A DNA stretch of 64,000 nucleotides from Lama glama (lineage: Eukaryota), in the NCBI GenBank assembly GCA_028534125.1, contig CM052816.1, positions 34,722,001 to 34,786,000 on the forward strand, read 5' to 3'. How positions within the stretch are numbered: the first letter of the stretch is position 1; each line of letters opens with the position of its first letter. The notes under the pieces are model-generated. The model worked only from the letters and a program-made list of their open reading frames with translations. It was not told where the DNA came from and ran no database searches. Below are positions 36,751 through 49,879 of the stretch, in pieces. A program made the translations under genes and the position numbers.

Positions 36751-37589
36751 CCATTGCAAAGTCCTTTCACAGTCTGGCTTTTTTAGCAGATCAACCTTAC
36801 TAAATACATAAGGTAGAAGTAAAACTGTGGAACTTATTGACAATAACTAACATAGATATACAATATGACTTTTAGAAACTTGAGAAGAAGCAATTTAGCA
36901 ATCAATAACTTTGATCTAAAAGTTACAATCTCAAGGATATATTATGCTTTACCATCAAAAATAATAATAATTTGTGAGATTACATTATCCTAGAATCCCT
37001 CAAAATAAAATCCTGTCCATCAAGTTAGAACTTCAAAGAAAGTAAATCTCAAGGAAAACTTCAAAGTGCAGGCAAGTTTGGAAACATTTTCAACTTCCAG
37101 TGCTAACTATAATTATTGGCCACTTGGAAACTGGCATAGGAACTTCATCAATAGCTCTATCTATACATACCAATGCCAGTAAGATCATACAAACCCAACC
37201 AAGGACGGAAGTTATTTTGAGGAAACTAGAGTTAACCTTATATAATGTTTATTACTTCATTTTTCTCCTTTGGAAAATATACTTTCACAAGATCTTTATG
37301 TAAAAGCAACATAATTTTCTTAAAAATTGCAAGGCTATATGAAATGATTAATTCTTACTAAATATCTGAAGAAAAACATCAACTTTAGGATTCTGTAGGC
37401 GAAATAATAATAATGAAAAATACTATAACGTGTGAACACATACATTTTATTTCTATGTTGTTGAAAATGTTCAACAGCAGGATAATTGGCCATAGGGGAT
37501 GATTCATATTAAATAATCAAAAAAGTTCATTCCCTTGCTATTTTATTTTCTAAATCAATCACAAATGAAGCAATCATGAGAGGAACCAC

Positions 37590-37720
37590 AGAACATGGAA
37601 TAAAGCTTATAGGCTGTGAAATAAAACAGCTATGAATTCAAGTCTTTGCTCTAGTGTTACTGGTGACGTAACTAACTTCTCTGAACATCACTGTCTTCAT
37701 TTGTAAAAACAGGAATTATT
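37590..37720 (+). mobile_element. MIR fragment
   Basis: gaattcaagtctttgctctagtgttact ... aacttctctgaacatcactgtcttcatttgtaaaa. Confidence 0.6.
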
Positions 37721-39340
37721 GAGAGAGCTCAGAGGAGTCATCTGTAGTACAGGAGATTAACTAGGGTTAACTGGTAGAAATAAAGGAGTTGATCTGATAA
37801 AGGGAAGGAGCTGTGTAGATGAACCAGAGCACAGGGAGAGACGAAGACAAAACAGGGTGAGAAAAAGGCAGAACAATGGCATGATTTTCATTCTTTTCAC
37901 CAAGGAGTGGGAAATCTCAGGAGCAAAGTGGGACTCTGGCCAGGTAGAAATAAAGATCTTGTTCAAAAGTATACAATTACGCCCTCCATCAGGTTGCCCT
38001 GACAATAGAATCCTTGCTTTAACATAACATTACAAAGAAAACAATTCTTTGTAATTGAATTAATGTTGCCTTAAGAACTATCTGGGAGGGAGTTTGAAAG
38101 GGGATTAGATTACAGATAAAATTTATGTCAAAACAGAGAACACGATTATGCAAGAAAGGGTTACCTTGTGTCTGAGCACTGGGAAACATCTGGTACTGCT
38201 ACTCCTCGGAGCTGACTTTGGTGAGAGTCAGGGGTAAATAATAAATCAGGTATTGGCACATCTACACTTTGACACCTAGTCTAATCAGAGTGCTGCTTGA
38301 GAAGGAAACCTCCTAAATTGGGAGCCCTGGACTTGGAAATAGCAGGTTGTAGACGTTTGCAATACCCAGGCCTCCCCAGAGGGCTCTCTTAGCCCCTTAC
38401 AACTGCCTTGGAGGGCGGGGTCTGCCTGGAGGAGAGAGAGCAGAATGGATCTCCAGGGATAATGATGCCAACCTCATAGGGTGTATTGAGTTAACTGAGA
38501 AACTTATTATAAAAGTACATAGCATATTAGTGCATAACAAGTTTGGTTTCCTCACGACCTAAAGCATTTGTCATGGGTTACACATCGACTTTCACTTAAA
38601 GTTGTTTTCATGTTTTAACCTTAGCCCACCCTTCAGGGCAATATAAGATATATGTGTTTATATGTTGCCAAAATCAGACAAGTCAACATTTTTGCCTTGC
38701 AAACTTATTTGAAGTTTAAACTGCTTACCCAAAATTTAATCTATACTTTTAGGGGCTTAAGAGTTTTCACATGAAAGCCTTAAAATATCACAGAGATTTT
38801 CTAGAGTGAAGAAACAAAAAGCACTATAATAATTGACTTTCTTACTCTCTCTGCCCTGAGACAGTGAGAATGTATCTTGCTAATCTTTGTGTACAAAGCC
38901 TGTCGTTCCTTAAAGATTCTGTTGTTGTTGCTGAATGAAGGAATAAAGAGAAAAAGAAAAGCCAATTGAGAAACGATATCTACTTTGGGGATTTCAGATA
39001 TAAGGCTCCAAAGACCTTTACTTTTAAAAAACCATTCTTCCCTTTTCAGTTCTAAATATTAAGCAAACCATACAAAACAACATGCTCATGGAATCTCACT
39101 GAAACCTGAAGTATTCTTCAGGAAAACTAGAAGAATTAAAGAGATTATGAGAAAGAGACCAGAGCATGGTGATAAACTCAGTGTACCATATTTATTGGCT
39201 CATTTTAAATGGCTGTGATCTTTAAAAGATTGCATTTTACTATAGCAACTGAAAATGCCATTAACTATGTAAGTATTTAACTATTTCTGGTCTCAGGATT
39301 TCATAACAGAGTTTGCCTTTCATCAATAAGTAAAATTTTA

Positions 39341-39640
39341 TAAGTCAGGCAGGGAAAGATAAATACTATATGTCATCACTTATATATGAACTCTGAGAAA
39401 TAATACAAATGAATCTATATGGTGTAGACTCACAGACATAAAAAAACAAATTTATGGTTACCAAACAGGATGGGAAGAGGAACAAATTAGGAGTGTGGGA
39501 TTAACAAATACAAACTACTATCCATAAAATAGATAAGCAACAAATATTTACTGTATAATACAGGGAATAATATTCAATATCTTATAATAACCTATAATGG
39601 AGAATAATCTGAAAAAATATGTGTATATATATATATTAAT
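39341..39640 (+). mobile_element. L1 3'UTR fragment (artiodactyl-type)
   Basis: taagtcaggcagggaaagataaatactatatg ... actcacagacata ... ttatggttacca ... actgtataatacagggaa ... aacctataatgga; ends in an AT tract. Confidence 0.85.
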
Positions 39641-40189
39641 TTAATTAATTAATTTTAATTAATTTCTTCTAAGTCCAGACCTGGTCTCTCATCATTCATG
39701 TTTAAATTCACTTTTGGATAAATTATTCCTAAGTATTCAGTCAGCTTGTATTATGTTAGTGATTTACACCTAGCTTTATCTCTCTCTCAAGTTTATCACA
39801 GTGTGGCTTGCTGTATATTAAAATTTGGCTCTGCAGGGAGCACCATGATAATTTGGCTTGTTGCAGGAAAGGGAAATATGTGGTGTAGATAACATCATTG
39901 GGAAGTTGTGTGTTAGTTTGCTTTGAGAGATGAGTCTAATTCTCCCATGCATGGGGCTTAATTGGATTTTAAAGTTTGCTATTGCTAAAGCACAGCTGTA
40001 GAAAACTTTGGGGCCTAGCATAAGCTTGTCTTTATGTTATTAACAGATAGAGAGACTAAAATATTAGTCTAGTTAGTGAATTTGTCTGCTTATGGACATA
40101 CTTCATGGTTCATGACACAGATAGCAAGGGTCAGTAGAATTGTCACATCAGCAATGCTGCCTCCAAAGGTTTCTCAAGGAAGGACATTA

Positions 40190-40750
40190 GCGCCATGTAG
40201 CATGGCAATGAGAAAAATGTGGATTTAGAATTATAGAACTGGATTTGTGTCTTGTTCCTTGTTACTATTGGTAGGGCCCTGGATAATTTACTTAACCATC
40301 ATGTAAGTCTTCATTTCTTTACCCATAAAGTGAGAGTAACAGCATACATCCTACTTAACAGTCTTAGTCCATTCAGTCTGCTACAACAAAATACCAGGGA
40401 CTGGGTGGCTTATAGACAACAGAAATTTATTTCTTAGAGTTTTGGAAGCTGCCTTTCCAAGATCATGATGCCAGCATGGTCAGATGAGGGCCCTCGACTA
40501 TGTTGCAGACTTCTTGTATTCCCACGTGAAGAAAGGGCAGAGGGGCTCTCTGGATCATCTTTTATAAGAGGACTAAACTCATTTATAAGGGCTTCACTCT
40601 CATGACCTGACCACCTCCCAAAGGGTAGACTTTCATCATTTTTGGAGTTAGAATTTCCATTTTTGAGTTTTGGAAAGATACGTACATTCAGACAATAGCA
40701 CTAACTTAAGGGGCCAGTTTGAGACTCAGATGGTATAAAGCATTTACATT
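40190..40750 (+). mobile_element. MIR SINE split by an MLT1A LTR
   Basis: MIR head and core 40190-40355 (ttacttaaccatc...tcttcatttctttacccataaagtgag); tail resumes after 40700. Confidence 0.65.
40360..40700 (-). mobile_element. MaLR solo LTR (MLT1A0-like)
   Basis: gtcttagtccattcagtctgctacaacaaaatacca ... gggtggcttatagacaacagaaatttatttct ... acattcagacaatagca; 5-bp TSD-like ttaac/ctaac. Confidence 0.85.
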
Positions 40751-40819
40751 ACACTTATTCATCCCCATGTCTCTTCTATAAATGAAATGCCTAATAGGCT
40801 GTGCCTAGTTCAGCTTTCT

Positions 40820-40930
40820 AAGTCTCAGTGCCTAACCCTGTGCCTGGAAGTCAAAGTATATTCCACAAATGTTGGATGAATGGATACATCAATGAACAAA
40901 TGATGAAACAGAAGAATGAATAAATGGATG
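40820..40930 (+). mobile_element. L2 3' terminal fragment
   Basis: tctcagtgcctaaccctgtgcctgg ... aaatgttggatgaatggat. Confidence 0.6.
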
Positions 40931-42450
40931 ATAGTCATGGCATAGGTAGAAATATTGTTCAACACTAGCTCAAGGACATTCTGAGACTGAATAAATTTTA
41001 ACAATATCTCAGAACTTAGAATCCCTGTATCTAATGCTGTATGTTTTTTTCTGGGCTTCTCTTAGTAGAAAAGAAGATGAATAGCAGGATTTGGGAAGAA
41101 GCGCAAATCTCTTAGTGAAGAAACAGCCAAGAAAATTACTGCTCTCCTAGTGCAAAGAGGGACACTAATTAAAGGTAAGACATGGGCAAGAAGTAGAATG
41201 GAGAACTGGTATGAATAAACTGTATCATAATTAACACTTAGTAATTTATCTAAGTTTTAGAGGATGACTGTCTTGTTGCAGAGACCCTTGAGTTATTTAA
41301 AGTATTTCTGAAGAAAACCTTTGAAGTCCCTGGAGATGATGTTTTTAACCTTTTTATAAAGATTCTTTCCAACCCCATTCAGAGTCTCTGTACAGGGTTC
41401 TATGATAGAGCATATACGACTGTTGTCTAGGAAAATGAGAATGGATTTAGGTAAACCTGAGACGATCCTGCCTATTTATAGTGACATCAGTGGTGGTGGT
41501 TGTGGGAAAGGAGATCTCCTGCTGTGGAAAAATATTCTGCATGTGTGATTATGTGGTTTCCAGAATTACGCACTCTGAGTTTTTTATTTCATCTTTGTTT
41601 AATCTTTCTTTGTTTAATCATTTGCAGTGAGGAAAAATAGCTCTCTGATTACTGTTTTAAAATCATGGCAAACATAGATTCCAATATATATACAAAATTT
41701 TGTATACATGTTTGAATGGGGAAGTAAATATTGCCAGGGGAGGAGAGAGGTGTCGGAGGATTTTGATACAGTACCGTAATATATGATATTCTTCTTGGTT
41801 CTATTACTCATGGCTGTAACTACATAGAATGCATCATAGAAACATCCTTACATGTTCATCCAGCCACAAGTACAAGCATGAAGCACATTTCCGCCATGAA
41901 CCTCTGCAGTTTGTGTCGGGGAAAAGAATACAGAACTAGGAAGACGTCTCTGATCATGATCACATTTGGATTTTCTCTGAATACCATATAAGAGGAGGCT
42001 GTTCTCAGCTTTGTGCCAATGATTTAGGACCTGGAGGCAAGGGGAGAATAGAGAGACTGAACCCTGGTTTCCCCTCATTAAAAATATTCTGTTTTGGCTT
42101 TCCCACCCAGAGTACATGGAAGAAACCAAAATTACCACTACAATTTCTAAACTGGTAGTAAAGCTAATAGTCTACTGTGGGATGGGGCAGGATGGGGATC
42201 TTCATTGCCCCTTCCCATTCATGAGCATAAACACTGGCCCTGTAGGTTTGCTGGAGAAGACAACCAGTAATGAACTTATTACAGAAATAAACACAGCAGT
42301 CCAATGGAAATGGGCAAAGAACATGAGCTGAGAGTCCACATATACTCAAAAAGCTAATGGCTTTTAAATACATAAAAATAAATTAGATCTCTCTGATAAA
42401 GAGTATCAAAGAAAACTACAGTGAGATACCATTTTCATATGGCAGATATG

Positions 42451-42547
42451 AAACCCAGTGGAATGGTTCAATGGTTCAGTGGTTCAAACCAATGAAATGG
42501 TTCAACCCAGTGTAATGGTTCAAACCCAACGAAATTGTTCATTGGTT
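42451..42547. repeat. Imperfect minisatellite (about 18-19 bp unit aaacccagtgNaatggttc)
   Basis: Core tggttca/ttgttca occurs six times. Confidence 0.8.
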
Positions 42548-42728
42548 GGATGTGGATCAAGGTGCTATTGTAGTGGGATAGAGATTGATAAAATTCTTTG
42601 GAAGTCTATTTGGAAATGTTTACCAAAATGTAAAATGAACATAGCAAAATTCATAATGCACACACATCTCTAGGATTTTTTTAATATATATAATCACCCT
42701 AATGTACAAAACCATATGTATGATGATA

Positions 42729-43217
42729 CAGATCTTCCTTGACTTATGGTGGTATTACCTCCTAATAAAGCCATTATAAACTGAAAATATTATAGGTTGA
42801 CAATGCATTTAATACACAACCTACTGATCATCATAGCTTAACTTACTCTACATTAAATGTGTTCAGAACACTTACATTAGCCTATAGTTGGGAAAATCAC
42901 CTAATACAAAGCCTATTTTATAATAAAGTGTAGAATATCTCATGTAGTTTATAGAATGCTGTTCTGAAAGTGAAAAAGAGAATGATTGTGTGGGTACAAA
43001 ATGGTTGAGAGTGTAACAATTGCTTACCCTCATGATCTTGTGGCTGAATGAGAGCTGCGGCTCAGTGCCACTGCCCAGCATCATAAGAGAGTGTTCTACT
43101 GCATATTGCAAGCCCCGGAAACAATCAAAGCTCAAAATTCAAAGTATAGTTCCTACTGAATGTGTATGGCTTTCGTGCCATTGTAAAGTTGGAAAATTGT
43201 AAGTCTGGGACCATCTG
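42729..43217 (+). mobile_element. Tigger5/MER47-family TcMar-Tigger DNA transposon
   Basis: TA|cagat...atctg|TA ends; internal catcatagcttaac...cagaacacttacattagccta...gcctattttataataaagtg matches the recalled MER47 consensus. Confidence 0.9.
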
Positions 43218-43230
43218 TATTCATTATAGC

Positions 43231-43912
43231 TGTGGGTTCTGTCCAGCAGAAGTCCCACCAGGGTGGAATGAATTACTTTGGACTCTGTGGAAAGTCAAGA
43301 GAGCGAAAGGGAGTCTGAGACCAACTCCCCGAGCCTCTCAAACACTCCCATATTTATTGTACACAATCAAAGAGAAGATCACAAACAATTGTGTCATGGA
43401 ACACAGGAGCTTAAGGAAAAACAGGATTGGGTAGAGATCATAAATTCCACAATGGGTACAAAGGCTTAATTTATCCTCAGGGCAGTCATGAGGAGAGAGG
43501 AGTAAGGTACATTCTTCAGATATAAGAAGTTGATTACAAAACAGACCACCAGACCGCCAGTTTCTTCTCTTGGAGGCCATAGGCTATCTAAACAGCAGAA
43601 AGCATGCCCAGTGTTTATAGCTGAGGACATGGGCCATCGCTTTTCAACAAGCAGAGTAAACCCTGAACTATGGACCTATGCTTATGATAAACAAGCCATG
43701 CCCTGCGTTTATAGCAAGGGACACACAATGGCTTTACCACTGCGGAAGCAGCCCTAAGCTAAAACCTCAAATATACAAGTAAGTCATTGTCTCTGCTTTT
43801 TATGGCAAGGAGACAGGAGTGCAGATGCACAGGCGCCTGCTAGCAAAGAAGTTACTAAGCACATTTGTTCTTCACAAGTGGCTGGGGTCTGGGCCAATCA
43901 TGGGCTCCCACA
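43231..43912 (-). mobile_element. Solo ERV LTR (682 bp), probably lineage-specific
   Basis: Inverted termini TGTGGG...CCCACA; 5-bp TSD-like atagc/gtagc; AATAAA on the minus strand near 43353. Confidence 0.8.
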
Positions 43913-44099
43913 GTAGCACTGAATACTATTTGTAAGAACAAGAGAATGCAGACAATCTAAACATCCGACAGTAGTCAAATACTTAAATAAACCAAATGCC
44001 TGTGTAATAGAATATCATGCAGTCATTAAGAAGGAGGCTCTGATTATGACTGACTTCCAAGATGTTTTGTTAAATGAAATAAATTAAATACAAAAGAGT

Positions 44100-44670
44100 G
44101 CAGATATTCTGCCACATTCCCCTGTTCACCATTCTCCAGCCATACTGGCCTTGCTCTCTTCTAGGTTTGCTGAGCTCATTTCAGCCTCAGGACCTTTGTA
44201 TTTGCCATTCTTTCTGTCTAGAATGTCTTGCTAATTTTCACATAGTTGTCTTTTCTGCTCATCTTTCAAGTCTTAGTGCAAATTCCTTCTTCTTAGACCA
44301 ACCTTCTAGTTCCCAGTAGACTTATCTTATTGAAAGAATTAGCCTATTTAGCTTGAAACTGTGTAATATAACTAATATGTTGGTGAGATAGAGTCCATAA
44401 TAGCTAGAGTGCCACACCCTGTCACTTGTATTGAGTTGCCCTGTTTGAATTTCTTCATAGGACTTAGCAGTGTTAGAAAACATCTTATTTTAGAAGTTGT
44501 TTTATATGTTTACTACTATCCCTTCCCTCTTGCACACACTCCAACTTACTGGAATTTAAGCTTCTTAAGGACAGGAATTTTGTCATGTTCATCCCTATGC
44601 CACTAATATTTAGAGCTGTGCCAAATACAGAGTAGACTTACAATAAATATTGAATGAATGAATAAAGGAA
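44100..44670 (+). mobile_element. L2 3' region
   Basis: ctccagccatactggcct ... cagcctcaggacctttgtatttgcc ... aagcttcttaaggacagg ... caataaatattgaatgaatgaat. Confidence 0.8.
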
Positions 44671-44938
44671 ATACCCATATATGCAAAAAATATCTCTGGA
44701 AAGTACTGAAGAGAATGTTAGGCTGGTTATTCTGAGGAACAGGAAAGACATTCATGTTCTAATTTGAGCATGAGAGACAAACTAGGTGAGACACCATGCC
44801 TGACTCAGGTCTATTTGATAGGCAAAGTGGGGTAGGGCCTTTGTCAGCCTATCAGTATAATGCCTCCTTAATAACCTTCATTTTATATTCATACAAAAAT
44901 TGCATACCTGCTACAAAAGCAGAATTGTAGTATTTGCA

Positions 44939-45059
44939 GGGGAGGGTATAACTCAGTGGTAGAGTGTGTGCTTAGCATGCGTGAGGTTCTGGGTTCAGTC
45001 CTCAATACCTCTGTTTAAATAAATAAATAAATAAAGTTAATTACCTCCCTACCAAAAAA
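44939..45059 (+). mobile_element. Camelid tRNA-Ala-derived SINE (Vic-1 type)
   Basis: ggggagggtataactcagtggtagagtgtgtgcttagcatgcgtgaggttctgggttcagtcctcaatacctc head with A/B boxes; (AAAT)n and taattacctccc tail. Confidence 0.9.
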
Positions 45060-45069
45060 TATATATGTG

Positions 45070-45680
45070 TGTGTGTGTGTCTCAGCTCCAAGCCCACCTT
45101 CTATCCTGGTGGACTGGGATTGCTCAAACTACATCTCCAAGACTCCCTTACCATCTGGCTTTGTATTAGGTTCTACCAGTGGGAATTAAAGAGGATTATT
45201 GGAGGTAGTAAGGAGGGGAGAAGAAGCTTATTTTCTACTTCCTGTCAGCAATCTTCAACAATAGCCCACAGTTGGCTACAACTTCCACCTTTTTCAAGTG
45301 CTCACAGTTCCATTCTCACCAAGCTGCCTAGTAGTAGCCAAGCTGAGACCCTTGGAAGCCCTAGGAGGAGGCACACTGCAATCTCTTACCAACTGTGCTG
45401 CTCCACCTGAGCCCTGGGAGAACCCACTTGGCCATGCCCCTCCTCAGAGGTTCCAGCACCAGAGGCCCAAGCACTAGCTCTGTAGGGCCCTCCTCCTGGC
45501 TCACAGATTCTGATTAAAGGCCTCTTTCCCATACTCTCCATGCTTGAGAGTCATAGCCACTTCCTACTCTCTGTAATATCTGGGTACCTCAGCATCCTCC
45601 TTTTGCTCTTTCAGCCTTCTGACTGCTGCATAACCGGATCCCTCTAATTCTAGCTATTAAGGTTTCTGTTTTCCTTCTCG
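45070..45680 (+). mobile_element. ERVL LTR (LTR33-like)
   Basis: caaactacatctccaagactcccttaccatctggctttgtattaggttctaccagtggg ... ggtttctgttttcct. Confidence 0.7.
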
Positions 45681-45699
45681 GAAGGAAGTGCTTGTTCTG

Positions 45700-46650
45700 G
45701 GTCTTCTTCCCTTGGTCTGTATTCTTTCCCTGGGGTGATCTTTGTCTAGCTTGACTGGTTTATATCCCTCAGGATGCATATCAAACTTTCTATTTGCTAT
45801 TTACATCTTAAAGTCTAATAGACATCTCAAATTTAGGTTGTCAAAAAATAAACTCCTGATGCACCAGTCTATTCCTCTGTTAGCGTTCTCTGTCTCAGTA
45901 ATGGTACCTCTACCCATTCATTTGTTCAATACAAAATTCTAGAAGTCATCTTTGCTTCCTATCCTTCCCTGATTATTCACATCCAGTGCATCAATATGTC
46001 ATGTTGTTTCCACTCTTTTCCTTTCCATCTCTTATGTCATTACCCTAGTTTAGATTACCATTATCTGTCACTTCAGTTCCCTTCTAAGTGGTCTCTATCT
46101 TTCAACTATTGCCTTCCTAGAGTTGTTTTTCTACATCATAGCCATAATATTTCTTTAAGTAAATCACAAAGAAAATGAAATCCAGACAACTTACCATGAC
46201 CCTATAGGATCTGGTTCCTGCCAGCACTTCCCACCTCATCTTCTATCATGGTCTGTTTGAATTACCTGTGCTGTAGACTCAGAGACCTCTTTTTTGTCTC
46301 ATTCCACATCAAGCTCTTTATAGACTGAGGTCCTTTGAATTCACTGCCTCTTCTACCAAGAAGCTTCTTCTACTGTTTGTTCACATGTCATCCTCTGGGA
46401 AGTTTTCCTAACCACCAATTCTAGAGTAGCCTTCCGTCCCTAATTTCTCTCTATTGTAGAGTCCAGTTTATCTCCTTAATACTCTTATCTTGTTTATTGG
46501 TCCTTTCCTTTGTTTGTTGTCCAGCTATATGGGGTAGTGGCCGTGCTATTTACTATTGCAGCCCCAGCATCTCCCGCACCTGGAACAATCTCTGTTCCCC
46601 AAAAAGTGCTCAGTAGATATTTGCTGACCAAATTAATGAATGAATGTTTT
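45700..46650 (+). mobile_element. L2 3' region
   Basis: tctaatagacatctcaaattt ... gaagtcatctttg ... atccagacaacttaccatgaccc ... gtgctcagtagatatttgctga...aatgaatgaatg. Confidence 0.8.
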
Positions 46651-48149
46651 TAGTATTCTCTTGTTTAAAATACTCCAACATCAAAGTATATAACGTTTTC
46701 CACCCACTACATTGGAGTGAAAATCTATAGCATTAGATTTGTCTTCCACCAACTATACTTTCCTATCACACTTCCTAGGAAATGCCTTGAGTAAAAGCAG
46801 CTTAGGGGATCAAGACTTGATAACATGGCTAACATTTTCTTTGGATAAATAATACATGAATATAAGTCAAAGATGAAGACACACCAGAATGTACAAGATT
46901 TTCACAACAGCAAGATTCATGGCCTTTAAAAATATGTAGAACAAGATGAAACAAATGTTTTCAGTAGATGTTCAGGTGCTCTTTTCTAAAAATAACACTA
47001 CGTAACCACAAATCAATGCTTAAAGCCAGATGGTTAATGAAGGCCAGCCAGGAAACTCCTATAATTCACAGTAATGAGTATGATAATGAGTTCCCATTAT
47101 AAACCAAACTGCAATGTGACACACTGTATCTGTTTCAAATAAGAGTAATTTGATTGTTTCATATTTTTCAAAGCTCCAAAGCTTAATTTAATTTAGAAAG
47201 TCTGATTGATAGAGCTAATCATGCCCAATTAGCAAAAAAGGAAGGTGGCCTAAATTTCATTAATAAGACCTATTCTAATGTCAGATGTCATTAGAAGGAA
47301 AACAATATTCAAACTCAAATGAAAACCTAGATCTTAAAAACATGAAAGAAGTCCCATTACTATGCTTGAAAAGAAATGTTTTTTCTCCAAACCTTTGATG
47401 TCTTTATAAATAGGACCCTACGAAAGGTAGGTTCTGTTGAACTGAATGCTTTAGGGACTTGGCCACTATGAAAAGATGCCAGGGATTAAATTTTATTATA
47501 GTGTCAAAAAATGTTTATTTTTACACTTAAAATTCACCTTGATCTCAGAGAAGTAGTCTGAAAGGACATTCCCAGTTATCCACAGTGACATGGGCAGAAC
47601 ATGACATTGCTTTGCAGACCATTTAATATGATTACACAGACAGGTTCTGCTCTTGAGTGACATGTCGCACTGGGCCTTCTTGTGAAAGGATGGAATGTTA
47701 AGGGTCAAGAACTGAGAAAGCAAGGGCTCTAATACCCATCATTATTCCCATCTAATGTGAGGTTGGCTGCCTACACATCATACGTTTGGAATACAAGACG
47801 TTATAATTAATGTGTATGTTTGATGCTCCATATTTTTGTGTTATTTTTATTAAACTATCATTTGCTCTTAGAAATTCTAAACCACATTTTCCCCCAAATG
47901 CGACAAGGCTATAGGCAGACATGCTTGCACAAATTCTGATCTTTTAAGATTTCTGAGTCAACCTCAGTTATATTTACTGAGGCCTGGAGGCTTATTTTCC
48001 AAAGTGTGTAAGACAGAGTCTCTGATCTGGAAACGAAAAGACAAAATTAAAGATTTGAGTACTATATTGAAAACTGAAGAATTAAGTAAATTTAGCCTTT
48101 TTCTACCACTCAGCTCCCTACATGCCAGGCCTTCACTATCCCAGGAAGA

Positions 48150-49250
48150 GATTACAGGTATCTATAAAAATAAAACAGATTCAAATGAAAGTTCCAAAGA
48201 TGCTAACATCAAAATTTCTTGAGTAAATAACCCAACCTGATCACCCTAAATGGAGCTCACAATCTGTAAGGCCCATTAATGCACTCAAAGGGACCAGTGA
48301 GTTATTTAACATACCTCAAACTATGAAAAGACAATATATGTCAAATGTGAGAAGACAATAAAAACATATATGCATATATAATTATATATAAAGTATTAAA
48401 ACATATGAGATGACAACAATACTATAAAATGAGAGAAGACAACTAAGGGTTATCAGACATTGGAAGCCAGCATACAATTTGAAAGGTAGAGACCAAAAAC
48501 AAATAGATTTAAAGCAACTTGGAGACAACAGAGATTATGCAGGAAAAAGGAAACCTGAAAATAAGAACAAAACAGTATTAGTATCTACAGAGAGATGAGA
48601 GATTATGCAACCAAAACCATGAACAGGATACTATAGTAAAGAAACAGATTACAAAGAAGAGCTTTTACAAACAGAAAGCATTATAACTAAAAATGAAAAC
48701 TCAATAGAAGGATGTTCAGGAAGACTCAAGAGAAAATTTAGTCAACTGCTGAAGAGTGAGAGGTTGAATAGCTATTAAACACATAAAAAATGAAGCAAAC
48801 GAAAACAATTATAACTCCAGGAAAAACACAAAGTTGTACAGGAAAGGAGTCGTACTCAAAGTTTACTACATGTCTCAGCTAAAAATAGTCATAACATTGT
48901 ACTAATATGCAATATTAATTTAACCAAAATTACAATATAAATCTACTAGAAGAAAAGGGAATGAGAAGACTATGCATGTGTGGAGAGGGAAGGAAGGAGA
49001 GAAGGAGAGAAAGAGAGACACATAGTCTCATCTTTATAGTGGAAAGCCAGTTAACAATGCCAGAAACTGATAGCATCTGAAGCTAAATGACAACATAATG
49101 ACATGAAAGAGATGAAAGCAATTAATTCTGGGGAGGACAAAATGTTAAGGAGTGGAGCAATGCCGTGTTTCATAGCAAACCATGGAAATTATAGTCTTTA
49201 GATATTATATATGATTAACCTTAACAAAAACAAAAACAAAAACTAAAAGG
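48150..49250 (+). mobile_element. Old L1/HAL1-like A-rich fragments
   Basis: A-rich ORF1-like text (aaatgaaaactcaatagaagg) followed by old L1 3'UTR-like sequence; subfamily not resolved. Confidence 0.45.
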
Positions 49251-49879
49251 AAAGGAGGATGAGGCAAGGGTGGAGGCAGTGATAAGCCTCAGTAACCAGT
49301 ACTTACAGGGGAAAGAGATCTGGGTTGGTAATGGGTGGTCCATCCTCGCGTATCTCCACACTGGTCACACTGGGAAGAGAAAATGTCAGTGACCACGTGG
49401 TGAGTGGAGGCACATGACAGAGTACAAGCGTCATCAGTAGGACTTAAGGATTCTTGGCCTCCAGACATATCTCGTTTGTTAATTCCAGACTCTGCCTCTA
49501 CGTAAACGGGTGACCTTGGACAAGTTAGCTAGGTTCTGCAAGCCCTGGCAGCCCAGCTGTTTCTCATTCATTTTGAATTCTTCACAGCTTGTAGCAGACA
49601 GCTTTCTAGAGAGTAAGCACCCAGATGCTTCTTTATAGATTATTTGGATTGCTATTTTCTTTGGGAAAATGTTCCCTATATTTAAACAAATATGTAAAAT
49701 ACATTTTTGTAGGATAACCTGTTTAGAAACTGATAAGACAATAGAGATTGTTCCAAGTAATCACCACTTGGAGTTTAACCCAAACATGGCCAAAATGCTT
49801 TTAAAATTTCTCTGTTGTACTTACCTTCAAAAGCCAAAATAGTTTTTAAACTTTTGTGACTGTTTTTTGAATTACATAC

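Larger units (their letters stand above)
42290..44100 (+). mobile_element. Old L1 (L1ME-like) 3' region hosting a Tigger and an LTR
   Basis: aaatgggcaaagaacatga; aaactacagtgagataccattttca; gata|ttcattatagc|ac...tatttgtaaga...acaatctaaacatcc reads across both inserts. Confidence 0.7.

Noticed and set aside
39625..39665. AT-only quasi-palindromic tract
   Set aside because: Low-complexity expansion at the end of an L1 3'UTR fragment; no evidence of function.
44939..45012. Apparent tRNA-Ala(AGC) gene (also 56883-56960)
   Set aside because: Stems are mismatched and both copies continue into the shared AT-rich SINE tail; these are SINE heads.
21995..49830. Isolated strong minus-strand donor motifs (about 22005, 22645, 27660, 49820)
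   Set aside because: No convincing paired acceptor or reading frame; such motifs are expected by chance in 64 kb.
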